Positions 18,716-28,682 of a stretch of 64,000 nucleotides of DNA are shown here, piece by piece. A program made the translations under genes and the position numbers. The notes beneath the pieces were generated by a model. That model had not been told where the DNA came from and did no database searches. It saw only the letters and a program-made list of their open reading frames with translations. Within the stretch, counting starts at the first letter, position 1, and the number at the start of each line of letters is the position of its first letter. The stretch comes from Deinococcales bacterium (GTDB taxonomy: Bacteria > Deinococcota > Deinococci > Deinococcales > JAAFIG01): NCBI GenBank assembly GCA_043778225.1, contig JAYWGM010000101.1:1-64000 (forward strand). The letters run 5' to 3'.

Positions 18716-21238
18716 GTGTCGTTAAAAGGAACAGGTTCTGGCGTTTTACCACCACTACTCGAGCAGTATGTCAAATTGCGTGACCAGTACGCCGAATATG
18801 TGCTGCTTTTTCAGGTTGGCGATTTTTTTGAAGCCTTTGGCGAAGATGCCGAGCGCTTGTCTAAGCTCCTGAACATTACCCTGACCCACAAAGCCAGCAA
18901 GGATTTCTCGACCCCGATGGCTGGAATTCCGGTTCGGGCTGCCGAAACCCACATCGAACGGCTCTTAAAACTTGGGCAGCGAATTGCAGTTGCCGAGCAA
19001 GTCGAAGACCCAAGCACCGCCAAGGGTTTGGTTGAGCGAGCCGTGACCCAACTGATTACCCCCGGTACAGTGGCACTCGAGGATATTTTGCGCGGCGAAG
19101 AGAATTTTTTAGCCAGTGTTGCCAGTGGTGACGGCTATGCGCTGGCGCTTTTGGATGTCTCAACTGGCGAATTTCGCTGCTGTCAAGTCTCGAGCCGTGG
19201 GGCGCTGTACGACGAACTGGCTCGCTATCGTCCTGCCGAGGTTTTACTTGCGCCTGAACTCGAGGACAATCAGATTTTTATGCAGGAATTCAATAGCCGT
19301 TTTCCGGTTATGCGCTCGAGTGCCAGTTTTTTACTTGCCGATGCCGAAAAAGCCTTGACCATGCAGTTTGGCACACCACCCAGCCTGCTGGAGACCACCG
19401 CTTTACGCCGTGCTTGCGGTGCGGTTTTAGAATATGCCAGTCGGGTTCTCGAGCATCCGAATTTGCCATCGGTACGGCGTGTCCAACGTTACGACCCCGG
19501 AGCGCAAATGCGGCTTGATGAAGCCGCGCTCAGGGCGCTCGAGGTTTTTACGCCACTTTCACCGACTGCCCCCGAAAGCGCGACGCTGTTTGGCGCACTC
19601 AACGATACCCGCACTGCCCCCGGTCGGCGGCGCTTAAAGGCGTGGTTGCGAGCGCCGCTCTTGGATGCCCACCTGATTAGCGAGCGGCTCGAGGCGGTGG
19701 CGTGTCTCTACCGTGAGTCCGAAAGCCGCAAAGCCATTCGCGCCGCCCTCTACCGCGCTCATGACCTCGAGCGCCTAGCGACCCGAGTGGCAATGCAACG
19801 CGCCAATGCTCGAGATTTGAACGCCCTGCTTCGCACCCTCGAACTGATTCCAGAACTCCAAGCCTTGCTCGAGCCACTGGAAACGCGCTTACTCAAGGAT
19901 TTACAAACCCGCCTTGACCCCATTGCCCATGCTGCTGAATTGGTGCGGGCGGCTTTAATCGAAACGCCGCCCTTGCGCTTAACCGAAGGCGGGTTTATCA
20001 AAGATGGTTTTGATGCCGAACTTGACCAATGCCGCACTCGCGCCCTTGAAGGTCGGACATGGATTGCCCATCTCGAGGCATCTGAACGTATCCGCACGGG
20101 AATTGGCAGCCTCAAAGTTGGCTTTAACAATATTTTTGGCTATTACCTCGAGATTACCAATGCCCATAAAAATCTTGTCCCCGAAGATTACCGTGCGGTC
20201 GCAACCTTAAAAGACCGAATGCGTTTTACTCGCCCAGACTTGCGCGAAAAAGAGCGCGAAGTGCTGCATTTTGAGGAACGCGCCCAAGCCCGCGAGTACA
20301 CGGTTTTTCTCGAGCTTCGCAGTCAATTGGCTGCCCAGACCGAGCGTTTACAGTTACTTTCCAGTGCGATTGCCGATTTAGATGTGATTGCCAACCTGTC
20401 CGAAATTGCCGCCAGCCGTGGCTACACCATGCCAACCCTGCTCGAGACGGGCGATATTCAGATTCTCGAGGCACGTCATGCAGTGGTCGAAACGACCCTC
20501 GAAAATTTTGTACCAAACGATGTGCTGTTGTCCGACTCGAGCCGAATTCATTTGATTACCGGTCCAAACATGAGCGGCAAAAGCACCTTTTTGCGCCAGA
20601 CTGCTTTAATTGCGCTGCTGGCACAGGTCGGCTCATTTGTGCCAGCTAAAAGCGCCCAGCTACGGATTTTTGACCGAATTTTTACCCGCATTGGGGCATC
20701 CGACGACCTTGCGGGCGGGGCGAGTACCTTTATGGTCGAGATGCGCGAACTGGCGCAGATTTTGCATGGTGTTTCGGACAAAAGTCTGGTCATTTTAGAT
20801 GAAATCGGACGTGGCACTGGCACATACGACGGTTTAGCCATTGCCCAAGCGGCGATCGAATTTTTAAGCCAAACAGGGGCGGCGGTGCTATTTGCGACCC
20901 ATTACTTTGAACTGACCAAGCTCGAGACCAGTTTAGCAGGGGTGGTCAATATGCACGTGGCTGCCGAAGAAGAAGCCCAAAATGGACTGCGCTTTTATCA
21001 TCAAGTTATGCCGGGGGCTGCCAGCAAAAGCTATGGGGTTCATGTGGCACAACTGGCGGGGCTACCGCCAAGCGTCACGGCTCGAGCCAGTGCAATTTTA
21101 CGCGGGCTAGAAAATAATGCCAAAGACAGCGCCCAAAGTATCTCGGGACAGATTCTCGAACTCGAGATTTCTAGGCTTACGCCACTCGAGGGGTTAGCGA
21201 TGCTCGAGAAATTACAAAAGCAATTGCGTGGACACTAA
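18716..21238 (+). CDS. mutS: DNA mismatch repair protein MutS
   Basis: LFQVGDFFE, ITGPNMSGKST, STFMVEM, DEIGRGT, SYGVHVA. Confidence 0.97.
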   Translation: MSLKGTGSGVLPPLLEQYVKLRDQYAEYVLLFQVGDFFEAFGEDAERLSKLLNITLTHKASKDFSTPMAGIPVRAAETHIERLLKLGQRIAVAEQVEDPSTAKGLVERAVTQLITPGTVALEDILRGEENFLASVASGDGYALALLDVSTGEFRCCQVSSRGALYDELARYRPAEVLLAPELEDNQIFMQEFNSRFPVMRSSASFLLADAEKALTMQFGTPPSLLETTALRRACGAVLEYASRVLEHPNLPSVRRVQRYDPGAQMRLDEAALRALEVFTPLSPTAPESATLFGALNDTRTAPGRRRLKAWLRAPLLDAHLISERLEAVACLYRESESRKAIRAALYRAHDLERLATRVAMQRANARDLNALLRTLELIPELQALLEPLETRLLKDLQTRLDPIAHAAELVRAALIETPPLRLTEGGFIKDGFDAELDQCRTRALEGRTWIAHLEASERIRTGIGSLKVGFNNIFGYYLEITNAHKNLVPEDYRAVATLKDRMRFTRPDLREKEREVLHFEERAQAREYTVFLELRSQLAAQTERLQLLSSAIADLDVIANLSEIAASRGYTMPTLLETGDIQILEARHAVVETTLENFVPNDVLLSDSSRIHLITGPNMSGKSTFLRQTALIALLAQVGSFVPAKSAQLRIFDRIFTRIGASDDLAGGASTFMVEMRELAQILHGVSDKSLVILDEIGRGTGTYDGLAIAQAAIEFLSQTGAAVLFATHYFELTKLETSLAGVVNMHVAAEEEAQNGLRFYHQVMPGAASKSYGVHVAQLAGLPPSVTARASAILRGLENNAKDSAQSISGQILELEISRLTPLEGLAMLEKLQKQLRGH

Positions 21239-22369
21239 TTCCTTGGCTCGGTTACGCGCCCAAGCATCGGTGTCCGCAATACTCTCCCAGCTTAAATCAG
21301 TTTTTGGCGCTTCGGACAACACTTTTTCAATCAGCTTGGGAATCCCCAAATAACTCAGGCGTTGCTCGAGAAAGGCTTCTACGGCAACTTCATCGGCGGC
21401 ATTTAAGGCAACTGGCGCAACTCCGCCTAATCGCCCAGCCTCGTAAGCCAAGCCCAAACACGGAAACCGCTCAAAATTGACCGCCCGTAGCTCGAGATTA
21501 CCAATCAGGTTTAACGGCTCAAGCGGCGTGCTTGGGCGTTCTGCACCGGGAAATTCGATGCCCAAAGTCTCGAGGGCGCTTAAAATCGAATACTGAATCG
21601 GCAGGCGCATATCGGGCGCACCCAATTGGGCTTTAATCTGGTTATCCTTAAAGCGCACCATGCTGTGAATAAGGCTACCGGGTTGAATCAAAACCTTAAT
21701 TTGCTCGAGTGGAAAATCGTATAAATAATGCGCCTCGAGAACTTCTAGCCCTTTATTCATTAATGTACTCGAGTCAATCGTGACTTTTGCACCCATCACC
21801 CAGTTGGGATGTTTGAGCGCCATTTGCGGCGTGACTTGGCTTAAATCTTCGGGGGCATCACGGAAAGGTCCACCACTGGCGGTCAGGATTAACTCGGCAA
21901 CCTCGGCAATTCGTTCGCCGACAAGGCACTGATAGAGCGCACTGTGTTCGCTGTCCATTGGGGTTATTTTTGCGCCAGAGGCTTTGGCAATCTGCCACAT
22001 CAGCTTACCGCCGCAAACCATCGCTTCTTTGTTGGCAAGCGCCACGTGCCGCCCAGCCTCGAGCGCGGCTCTGGTTGGCGCGAGTCCAGCCAAACCGGGA
22101 ATTGCACCGACCACCACATCGGCAGGAAGCGTGGCAATTTCTTTTGGGTCAGAGACCACTTTGGTGTTGGGTAAGGCGGCTCGAGCCGCCGCTAGGATGC
22201 TTGGGTCTACGCTGAGCATAACTGGCTGAAACTCGAGGGTTTGGGCAACTGCTAACTCGAGGTTGCGCCCAGCCGCTAACCCCATCACGCGCCAACCGCG
22301 CCAGCGCACGACCTCGAGCGTTTGTGTGCCGATGCTGCCGGTGCTGCCGAGAATGCTGATGCTGGTCAT
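21212..22369 (-). CDS. dxr: 1-deoxy-D-xylulose-5-phosphate reductoisomerase
   Basis: LGSTGSIGTQTL, LANKE, DSEHSA, LTASGGPF, HPNWVMGAKVTIDS. Confidence 0.97.
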   Translation of the reverse strand: MTSISILGSTGSIGTQTLEVVRWRGWRVMGLAAGRNLELAVAQTLEFQPVMLSVDPSILAAARAALPNTKVVSDPKEIATLPADVVVGAIPGLAGLAPTRAALEAGRHVALANKEAMVCGGKLMWQIAKASGAKITPMDSEHSALYQCLVGERIAEVAELILTASGGPFRDAPEDLSQVTPQMALKHPNWVMGAKVTIDSSTLMNKGLEVLEAHYLYDFPLEQIKVLIQPGSLIHSMVRFKDNQIKAQLGAPDMRLPIQYSILSALETLGIEFPGAERPSTPLEPLNLIGNLELRAVNFERFPCLGLAYEAGRLGGVAPVALNAADEVAVEAFLEQRLSYLGIPKLIEKVLSEAPKTDLSWESIADTDAWARNRAKELVSTQLLL

Positions 22370-22410
22370 AAACAGATTATAGGACTCAAGTGGGGGACGA
22401 AAAACTGGTC

Positions 22411-22442
22411 TTTACCAAATTTTTACCTTCATCAGCTAATCT
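22411..22442 (+). promoter_or_regulatory. Putative OmpR-type direct-repeat site plus -10 box
   Basis: TTTACC at 22411 and 22422 (11-bp period), then TAATCT at 22437-22442. Confidence 0.45.
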
Positions 22443-22458
22443 ATGAAAAGGAGTCACC

Positions 22459-23505
22459 ATGAAAAAATCCAATCGAGTTCTGTTCGCGGCTGCAATCACC
22501 ACCGTTCTCTTTCTAGGCGCATACAGCATCCGTGCAGCGCAAAGCCAAACGGTTAAAGTCGCAGCCGATGCCACCAGCTTAAAAGTTGTGGCAAATGCCA
22601 ATGCTTTTCTCGAGACCCTGAGTGCTGCCCAACGCAGCAAAACAGTTTTTGCTTTTACCGATGCAACCCAAAAGACCAAATGGTCGAATTTGCCGACAGG
22701 AATTTTTGGGCGCAATGGCGTAAAAATCGGTGAATTAACCAGCCCACAAGAAACTGCCCTTTTTGCCTTGCTCTCGAGTGTCTTGAGCAGCCAAGGTTAT
22801 CAACAAATCATGCAGGTTATAGATGGCGATGAGGTGCTTAGATTAAGCACCAATGGTGGCAACTTGATTTTTGGACGAGCCGAGTATTATGTTTCTTTTT
22901 TAGGGACACCTTCAGCCACCAACCCATGGATTCTGCAATTTGGCGGACACCATATGGCAATTAACGCCACCGTAGCTGGTGCAGCCATTACTTTAACGCC
23001 CAGCCTAACCGGCGGACAACCGACCAAGTACACCTTAAATGGCGTTCAAGTTCAACCGATTATTGGCGAAGTCAATGCGGCTTTTGCCTTACTCAATGCC
23101 TTGGACACCACCCAAAAAAGTAGCGCAATTTTAGGCTCACAAGTGATTGATGTTATTCTTGGACCCGGACAAGACGGTAAAACCTTGCAACCCGAAGGCA
23201 TTAAAGCCAGCAGCCTGACCCAAAGCCAACAACAACTGCTGCTCGACTTGATCAAGACTCGAGTCGGAATTCTAAACGACGACGATACAACTGCCAAAAT
23301 GGACGAAATTAAAGCCAATTTAGCCAATACTTACTTTGCTTGGAGCGGCGCGACCACGGCTGGCGGTGCAGCCTATTTTCGTGTCACTGCGCCAACTCTG
23401 GTACTCGAGTTTTCGCCACAATCCATGGGTGGCGATGCGACCAATCATACCCATTCGATGTACCGCGACCCGACCAATGACTATGGCGTGAATCTTTATA
23501 AGTAA
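22459..23505 (+). CDS. Secreted DUF3500-like protein (paralog 1)
   Basis: Signal peptide; WSNLP...RNG, WILQFGGHHMAIN, HTHSMYRDPTNDYG motifs recalled for DUF3500. Confidence 0.78.
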   Translation: MKKSNRVLFAAAITTVLFLGAYSIRAAQSQTVKVAADATSLKVVANANAFLETLSAAQRSKTVFAFTDATQKTKWSNLPTGIFGRNGVKIGELTSPQETALFALLSSVLSSQGYQQIMQVIDGDEVLRLSTNGGNLIFGRAEYYVSFLGTPSATNPWILQFGGHHMAINATVAGAAITLTPSLTGGQPTKYTLNGVQVQPIIGEVNAAFALLNALDTTQKSSAILGSQVIDVILGPGQDGKTLQPEGIKASSLTQSQQQLLLDLIKTRVGILNDDDTTAKMDEIKANLANTYFAWSGATTAGGAAYFRVTAPTLVLEFSPQSMGGDATNHTHSMYRDPTNDYGVNLYK

Positions 23506-23518
23506 CCAAAGGAGAGCT

Positions 23519-24565
23519 ATGAACAAGAAAATTTTACTGGCAAGTCTAGCCCTGACGGGTGCTTTATTAACCGTTGGCATCTCGAGCATACAAGCCTATT
23601 CGCTGTCCCCAAGTGTTAAGACAAAAGCTGATGCCACCAGCCAAAAAGTGGTGGCGGCTGCCGAGGTTTTCTTAAAAACCCTCAGCGCGGCTGACCAAAA
23701 GAAAGTGCTATTCGACTGGGACGACCCCAAGCAACGATCCCAGTGGTCTAATTTTCCTGTTTCTGTTTTTCAACGCAATGGCATGACCCTAGCCCAGATG
23801 AATAACGCCCAACAGACGGCATTGTTTAATTTGTTGCAAACTGTGCTGAGTAAAAAAGGCTACGAGCAAATTGTTCAAGTCATGGATGGCGATGAAGTCT
23901 ACCAAACCACCAATGGCGGCGGCAGAGCGCTGTTTGGAAAAAACTTGTACTACGTTTCTTTTATTGGCTTGCCTAGTCTTACCAGTCCGTGGATTTTACA
24001 ATTCGGTGGACACCATATGGCGATTAACGCCACTGTGGCTGGTGCAGATATTGTTTTAACCCCCAGTTTGACTGGCGGGCAACCAACCAAGTACACCCTA
24101 AATGGCAAAACAGTTCAGCCAATTATTGCCGAACCAACCGCCGCCTTTAAGTTACTCAGCAGCCTCAGTAGTGCCGAACAAAAACAAGCGATTATTGGCT
24201 CGAGTTTTATAGATTTAATCCTTGGACCTGGCAAGGACGGCAAAAGCCTACAACCCGAAGGGATTCAAGCCTCGAGTTTAAGCGCAGCCCAGCAAACCTT
24301 GCTGCTCGATTTGGTGGCAACTCGAGTTGGCATATTGAACGACGAAGACGCAGCCGTAAAGATGGCAGAAATTAAAGCCAACATCGCCAAGACTTATTTT
24401 GCTTGGGCTGGTCCAACCACGGCGGGCAGTGCTGCCTATTTTCGGATTACTGCGCCGACCCTGATTCTCGAGTTTGCGCCACAGCGTGGCGACGATGCCA
24501 ATAACCACGTTCATTCGATGTACCGCGACCCAACCAACGACTACGGCGTGAATCTTTACAAATGA
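23519..24565 (+). CDS. Secreted DUF3500-like protein (paralog 2)
   Basis: Same length (348 aa) and same motifs as paralog 1. Confidence 0.78.
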   Translation: MNKKILLASLALTGALLTVGISSIQAYSLSPSVKTKADATSQKVVAAAEVFLKTLSAADQKKVLFDWDDPKQRSQWSNFPVSVFQRNGMTLAQMNNAQQTALFNLLQTVLSKKGYEQIVQVMDGDEVYQTTNGGGRALFGKNLYYVSFIGLPSLTSPWILQFGGHHMAINATVAGADIVLTPSLTGGQPTKYTLNGKTVQPIIAEPTAAFKLLSSLSSAEQKQAIIGSSFIDLILGPGKDGKSLQPEGIQASSLSAAQQTLLLDLVATRVGILNDEDAAVKMAEIKANIAKTYFAWAGPTTAGSAAYFRITAPTLILEFAPQRGDDANNHVHSMYRDPTNDYGVNLYK

Positions 24566-25194
24566 ACCTGATTCGGAGACTGATTTTGTTAGGGTGGCTG
24601 CTGCCAGTAGCAGTGGCTCACCCTGCGGATATGCTCGTACAGGCGGCGTACATTACCATCAGCCCAACAGCCATCAGACTCGAGTTAGACCAGACTGCTG
24701 GCGAATTGGTGGCAAAGGATTTTTTAGCGCAACTTGACTTGAATCAAAACGTCGTTATCAGCCCCGAAGAAGTGAAACAGTTCTCGAGCCGTGTTCTCGA
24801 GCAAATAGGTCTAGAGGTCAATAACCAACCAGTAAACTTGCAACTCGAGTCAAGTCAAATTCCGACCGTCGCCCAAGTTAAATTAGGTGGTGGACAATTG
24901 CAATTGGTTTTTATGGGTACGCCACGCGCCGTGGGTCAGAATCAGTTTGTCTTCAAAAATGGCTACGCCCCAGTCAAAAGTGCCTATCTTGCCAACGTCT
25001 TTGTGCAGTCTGGCGAGATCAAAATTATTTCGCAACAGCGTGACCAAACCCAGCAGACTTTTACAGTGGCGTATACGATTGCCCAGAGCGTCCTACCTCG
25101 AGTTTTTCCGTGGTGGCTTGGCTTGATTCCAATTTTTGGCATTTTGGCATGGTGGTTTGCTCGAGTTCGCAGCCCAAAGGCGGTTCAGGTATGA
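24562..25194 (+). CDS. Exported, C-terminally anchored protein with N-terminal His and EF-hand-like loop
   Basis: Signal peptide ending AVA-HP; DLNQNVVISPEE loop; C-terminal TM helix. Confidence 0.65.
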   Translation: MNLIRRLILLGWLLPVAVAHPADMLVQAAYITISPTAIRLELDQTAGELVAKDFLAQLDLNQNVVISPEEVKQFSSRVLEQIGLEVNNQPVNLQLESSQIPTVAQVKLGGGQLQLVFMGTPRAVGQNQFVFKNGYAPVKSAYLANVFVQSGEIKIISQQRDQTQQTFTVAYTIAQSVLPRVFPWWLGLIPIFGILAWWFARVRSPKAVQV

Positions 25195-26240
25195 AAATCA
25201 TCGTACTTTTTTTATGGTGCATCCTTGGCTACACCCAAGCCCACGAAATTTCGTTCAGTCAAATTAAGCTCGAGCAACAAGCCCAAGAAAGCCAAGTGCA
25301 GTTTAATTTACCAGTCAAAGATTTAGCGCGGCAACTCGAGCGGGTCAGTGTTGCCCAACTCTTAAACCTCAAGGATTTAGCGCAACTCGAGCCACAAATT
25401 TCAAAGCTGATTCAGTCAAGGCTGGTTTTTACACTGGCTGACCAGAGACTTATTTTTTCTGGGCTAAAACTCGAGCCATTGCCCAGCCGTCAAGAAGTAC
25501 GTGCCAGTTGGAAACTGACTGGACTTGGTTTTGATTCAAGTTTTTTAGTGCAAAGCCAAATTTTCCCCGATAATCCTTTGCATAAAACCTTTTTAGATGT
25601 TTACAAAAACGACCAACTCGAGCAGCAGTTGATTTTTGACGCTCAAAAAACTGAACATCAAATCACCAAAGCCGAGCAACCGATTTGGAATGTGCTTTGG
25701 ACATTTTTGCTCGAGGGTATCCGCCATATTTATATTGGACCAGACCATATTCTTTTTATTGTCAGCCTGATGCTGCTTGGTGGGAATTTACTGCAACTCT
25801 TAAAAATTGTTTCGGCGTTTACATTGGCGCACAGCGTCACCTTGGCATTGGCAACGCTTGGCATTTTGAATTTACCAGCCAGTCTTGTCGAGCCGATTAT
25901 TGCTGCCAGCATTGTTTTTGTCGGGGTACATAGTTTAGCCAGCAAAAACAAAACCGATTTGCGGATTTTATTTGCTTTTGGTTTTGGGCTGATTCATGGT
26001 TTTGGCTTTGCCAGTGTGCTGTCCGAACTCGAGTTACCGCAAAAAGCCTTAGCTTGGGCTTTATTGGCGTTTAATCTTGGCGTAGAAATGGGACAGATGT
26101 GCATTGTTTTGCTGGTTGCACCTTTGTTGGCACTGTTGCGTCGGCGTTCGCTGCACAATGCCGTCTTGGTGGTGCGCTTGGCTTCGGTGGGCGTGATTGC
26201 CATGGGTACATACTGGTTTATCGAACGAGTGACCGCTTAA
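25191..26240 (+). CDS. HupE/UreJ-family membrane protein with periplasmic N-domain
   Basis: GIRHIYIGPDHILF, FTLAHSVTL, FGLIHGFGFA, FNLGVEMGQ; signal peptide ending QA-HE. Confidence 0.88.
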   Translation: MKIIVLFLWCILGYTQAHEISFSQIKLEQQAQESQVQFNLPVKDLARQLERVSVAQLLNLKDLAQLEPQISKLIQSRLVFTLADQRLIFSGLKLEPLPSRQEVRASWKLTGLGFDSSFLVQSQIFPDNPLHKTFLDVYKNDQLEQQLIFDAQKTEHQITKAEQPIWNVLWTFLLEGIRHIYIGPDHILFIVSLMLLGGNLLQLLKIVSAFTLAHSVTLALATLGILNLPASLVEPIIAASIVFVGVHSLASKNKTDLRILFAFGFGLIHGFGFASVLSELELPQKALAWALLAFNLGVEMGQMCIVLLVAPLLALLRRRSLHNAVLVVRLASVGVIAMGTYWFIERVTA

Positions 26241-26241
26241 A

Positions 26242-26910
26242 ATGCGGCTACTGCTGATTGAAGATGACCAAGAATTGGCGACGCTGCTGCTTGAAGGACT
26301 GTCCAAAGATGGTTTTATGGTCGAACACACCGCCAATGCCACCCAAGGTTTTGCCCTTGGCAGCCTCGAGACCTTTGCTGTGATTGTCTTAGATGCCACG
26401 CTGCCCGAAGGGCTGGATGCCGGTTTTTTACTTGCCCAGCGCTTGCGCCAAGCGGGTTTAGACACCCCAATTTTATTTTTGACGGCTCGAGCCGATATGA
26501 CTTCTAAATTGCGTGGCTTAGAGTTGGGTGGCGATGATTACCTAGCCAAGCCTTTTGATTTCCGCGAATTACGGGCTCGCTTGCGTTCCTTGGTGCGCCG
26601 TTCGGGTGGGCGTTCGAGCAACTTCTTAAAATTGCCGTTTGATTTTGCAATCAATCTCGAGACCAGACAAGTACTTTTGGGGCAGCAACCGATTCATCTG
26701 ACCCCAAGGGAATATGGACTGCTCGAGTATTTAGCACTAAACACGGGCAGAATTTTTAGCCGCGACGATTTAATCGAACGCATTTGGTCTGGGGACTCGA
26801 GCGTCACTTCTAAAATTGTGGATGTTTATATCTCGAGTCTGCGCCGAAAACTGCATAATAATATCGTGGAAACGGTGCGTGGACGTGGCTACCGCTTGGG
26901 GGCAGAATGA
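26242..26910 (+). CDS. OmpR-family response regulator
   Basis: LLIEDD, VLD, GGDDYLAKPF receiver; C-terminal wHTH ending ETVRGRGYRL. Confidence 0.93.
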   Translation: MRLLLIEDDQELATLLLEGLSKDGFMVEHTANATQGFALGSLETFAVIVLDATLPEGLDAGFLLAQRLRQAGLDTPILFLTARADMTSKLRGLELGGDDYLAKPFDFRELRARLRSLVRRSGGRSSNFLKLPFDFAINLETRQVLLGQQPIHLTPREYGLLEYLALNTGRIFSRDDLIERIWSGDSSVTSKIVDVYISSLRRKLHNNIVETVRGRGYRLGAE

Positions 26911-28226
26911 GTCTGCGCTGGCGTTGAACCCTACTTTATACCGCCCTGATTGTGGTGATTGGTTTGGTGATTGGCACGGCGGTATTCTTGACAGTGCAGG
27001 CTGGTTTGTACCAAGTGCTTGACCGTTGGTTGTGGCAAGCCGCCCAAGATTTTGCTCGCCCATACAAATCTAAAAACGACGATAAGCCGCTTCCATCCAG
27101 AGGTCAAAATGGCAAAGCCGCCGACGAGGCTTTTTTTACGGTTTTTACCAAGGCTTCTGCTGCCAGTCAATATCTGGACTCGAGTCCAGTGATACCCGTT
27201 TTTGACCAAGGTATCCGCACCATTGCTGGCTATCGAGTCGCCATGCTCCAAGCCAACAACGGCTACTGGGTGCAAGCGGCTCGGCTCGAGACCGATACTC
27301 AAAACACGCTCGGGTCGGTGCAGCGCTTATTGCTTTGGGGAATTCCGATTTTAACTTTGGTCGGTTTGGGGTCTGGTTATGTGCTGGTTGGACGCGCTTT
27401 TAGACCGATAGATGCCGTCTCGGCAATGGCAAAACGAATTGCGCTTTCTGGGGAAGCCAAAGAACGTGTACCCGTGCCACGCGGACAAGATGAAATGGTG
27501 CGCTTGACTTCGACCGTCAATGCAATGCTCGAGCGTTTAGAACTGAGTTTGCAGCACGAACGAGCTTTTGCCTTGGCAGCCGCCCACGAGTTACGCACCC
27601 CTTTAACCAAGCTGCTGGCGCGAATTGAATTAACTTTAGAACAGCCACGCAGCCAAATCGAATACCAAAAAGCCCTGACCACACTCGAGAAATCGGCAAG
27701 CGCGATGAAGCGTTTGGTGCTGCACTTGCTGTCTTTTGCCGAGCGCCAAGCGGCTCAAAAAAGTCCGCTTGACTTAGCCGACCTTGCTTTAGAAATCTGT
27801 GAAGCGGCTTCTGAAACCTTACAAGAAAAAAAGCAGCACCTCGAGTTGGATTTATCCAGCGCTCCAATGCTTGGCGACCCTGAAGCCCTGCGTCTAGCGA
27901 TTGGCAATGTCCTTAAAAACGCGATGCTTCATACCCCAATTGGCTCGAGGATTTGGGTTGGTACAGGGCAAACACCAGACTGTACTTGGCTCGAGGTTGC
28001 CGATGATGGCTTGGGAATACAAGAAACCGAACTCGAGCGTCTGCGCCGCCCATTTCAGCGTGGGCTGGGGTTACAAAATATCGAGGGTTCGGGTTTGGGC
28101 TTGGCATTGGTGGACAGCATTGTTAAGCAACATTCTGGCAGCCTCGAGCCAACTCGAGCCGAGCAAGGCGGCTTATTGGTGCGGCTTATTTTTAATAAAA
28201 AACCGATACCCGAATCTATTATTTGA
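26907..28226 (+). pseudogene. HAMP sensor histidine kinase interrupted by an in-frame TGA at codon 7 (or shortened form starting at GTG 26952)
   Basis: ATG 26907 coupled to the RR stop reads MSLRWR*TLLYTALIVVIG; downstream AAHELRTPL H-box, NVLKNA, DDGLG and GSGLGL boxes are intact. Confidence 0.7.
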
Positions 28227-28240
28227 TGCTAGAATAAACC

Positions 28241-28540
28241 ATGAACACCGTTAAGCCAGAGCAGTTTCGTGGTGTAGCGCGTACTTTACGCGCCCATTAT
28301 GGCTTGCGCTACCTGATGCTGGTGCTGCTCGAGACCAAAAAGCAGGGTTTACTCGAGTGCTTATTGGTGCTGAACGGCGAAGTCAATACGGTGCGCGAAA
28401 TTCTGCGGGTCGAACCAGTTGCACGGCTGCACTCGAGTCTTCAAGTCGAACTGGCAATTTTCCCAATTTCAAAAAAAGACTGGGACGATGCACTTGAACC
28501 CGAAATTTGGGAAGCCCATTGGACTGGCACACAACTCTAA
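28241..28540 (+). CDS. Hypothetical protein, possibly a degenerate minimal nucleotidyltransferase fold
   Basis: TAGAAT 5 nt before ATG; 99 aa; fold call is weak. Confidence 0.55.
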   Translation: MNTVKPEQFRGVARTLRAHYGLRYLMLVLLETKKQGLLECLLVLNGEVNTVREILRVEPVARLHSSLQVELAIFPISKKDWDDALEPEIWEAHWTGTQL

Positions 28541-28558
28541 ATCATGTATACTGCGCCC

Positions 28559-28606
28559 ATGAAGTTTTTAGCGTTGTGTTGTTGCCCTCGAGTTCGAGTG
28601 GCGTAG
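28559..28606 (+). CDS. Leaderless Cys-rich leader peptide MKFLALCCCPRVRVA (putative cysS attenuator peptide)
   Basis: TATACT (28547-28552), 6 nt, ATG; TGT TGT TGC at 28577-28585; TAG at 28604-28606. Confidence 0.82.
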   Translation: MKFLALCCCPRVRVA

Positions 28607-28625
28607 TTGTGGTTTGAATCGCGTC

Positions 28626-28655
28626 CGCTCGAGTGTTTGTTCTCGAGCGTTTTTT
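28626..28655 (+). terminator. Attenuator terminator in the cysS leader
   Basis: CGCTCGAG-TGTTTGTT-CTCGAGCG followed by TTTTTT. Confidence 0.8.
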
Positions 28656-28682
28656 ATTTGGGAATTCCCAAAAAGAGGTCTT

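Noticed and set aside
21212..21238. Convergent 3' overlaps (mutS/dxr, GNAT/helicase, mqnB/slyD)
   Set aside because: Short tail-to-tail overlaps are common in compact genomes.
26925..26927. Selenocysteine recoding of the kinase TGA
   Set aside because: The position corresponds to Leu just before a TM helix rather than Cys, and I see no convincing SECIS hairpin.
28541..28682. T-box riboswitch, or a 28614 start for cysS
   Set aside because: No T-box consensus is visible and the leader is short; 28614 lies within the attenuator and the SD precedes 28683.
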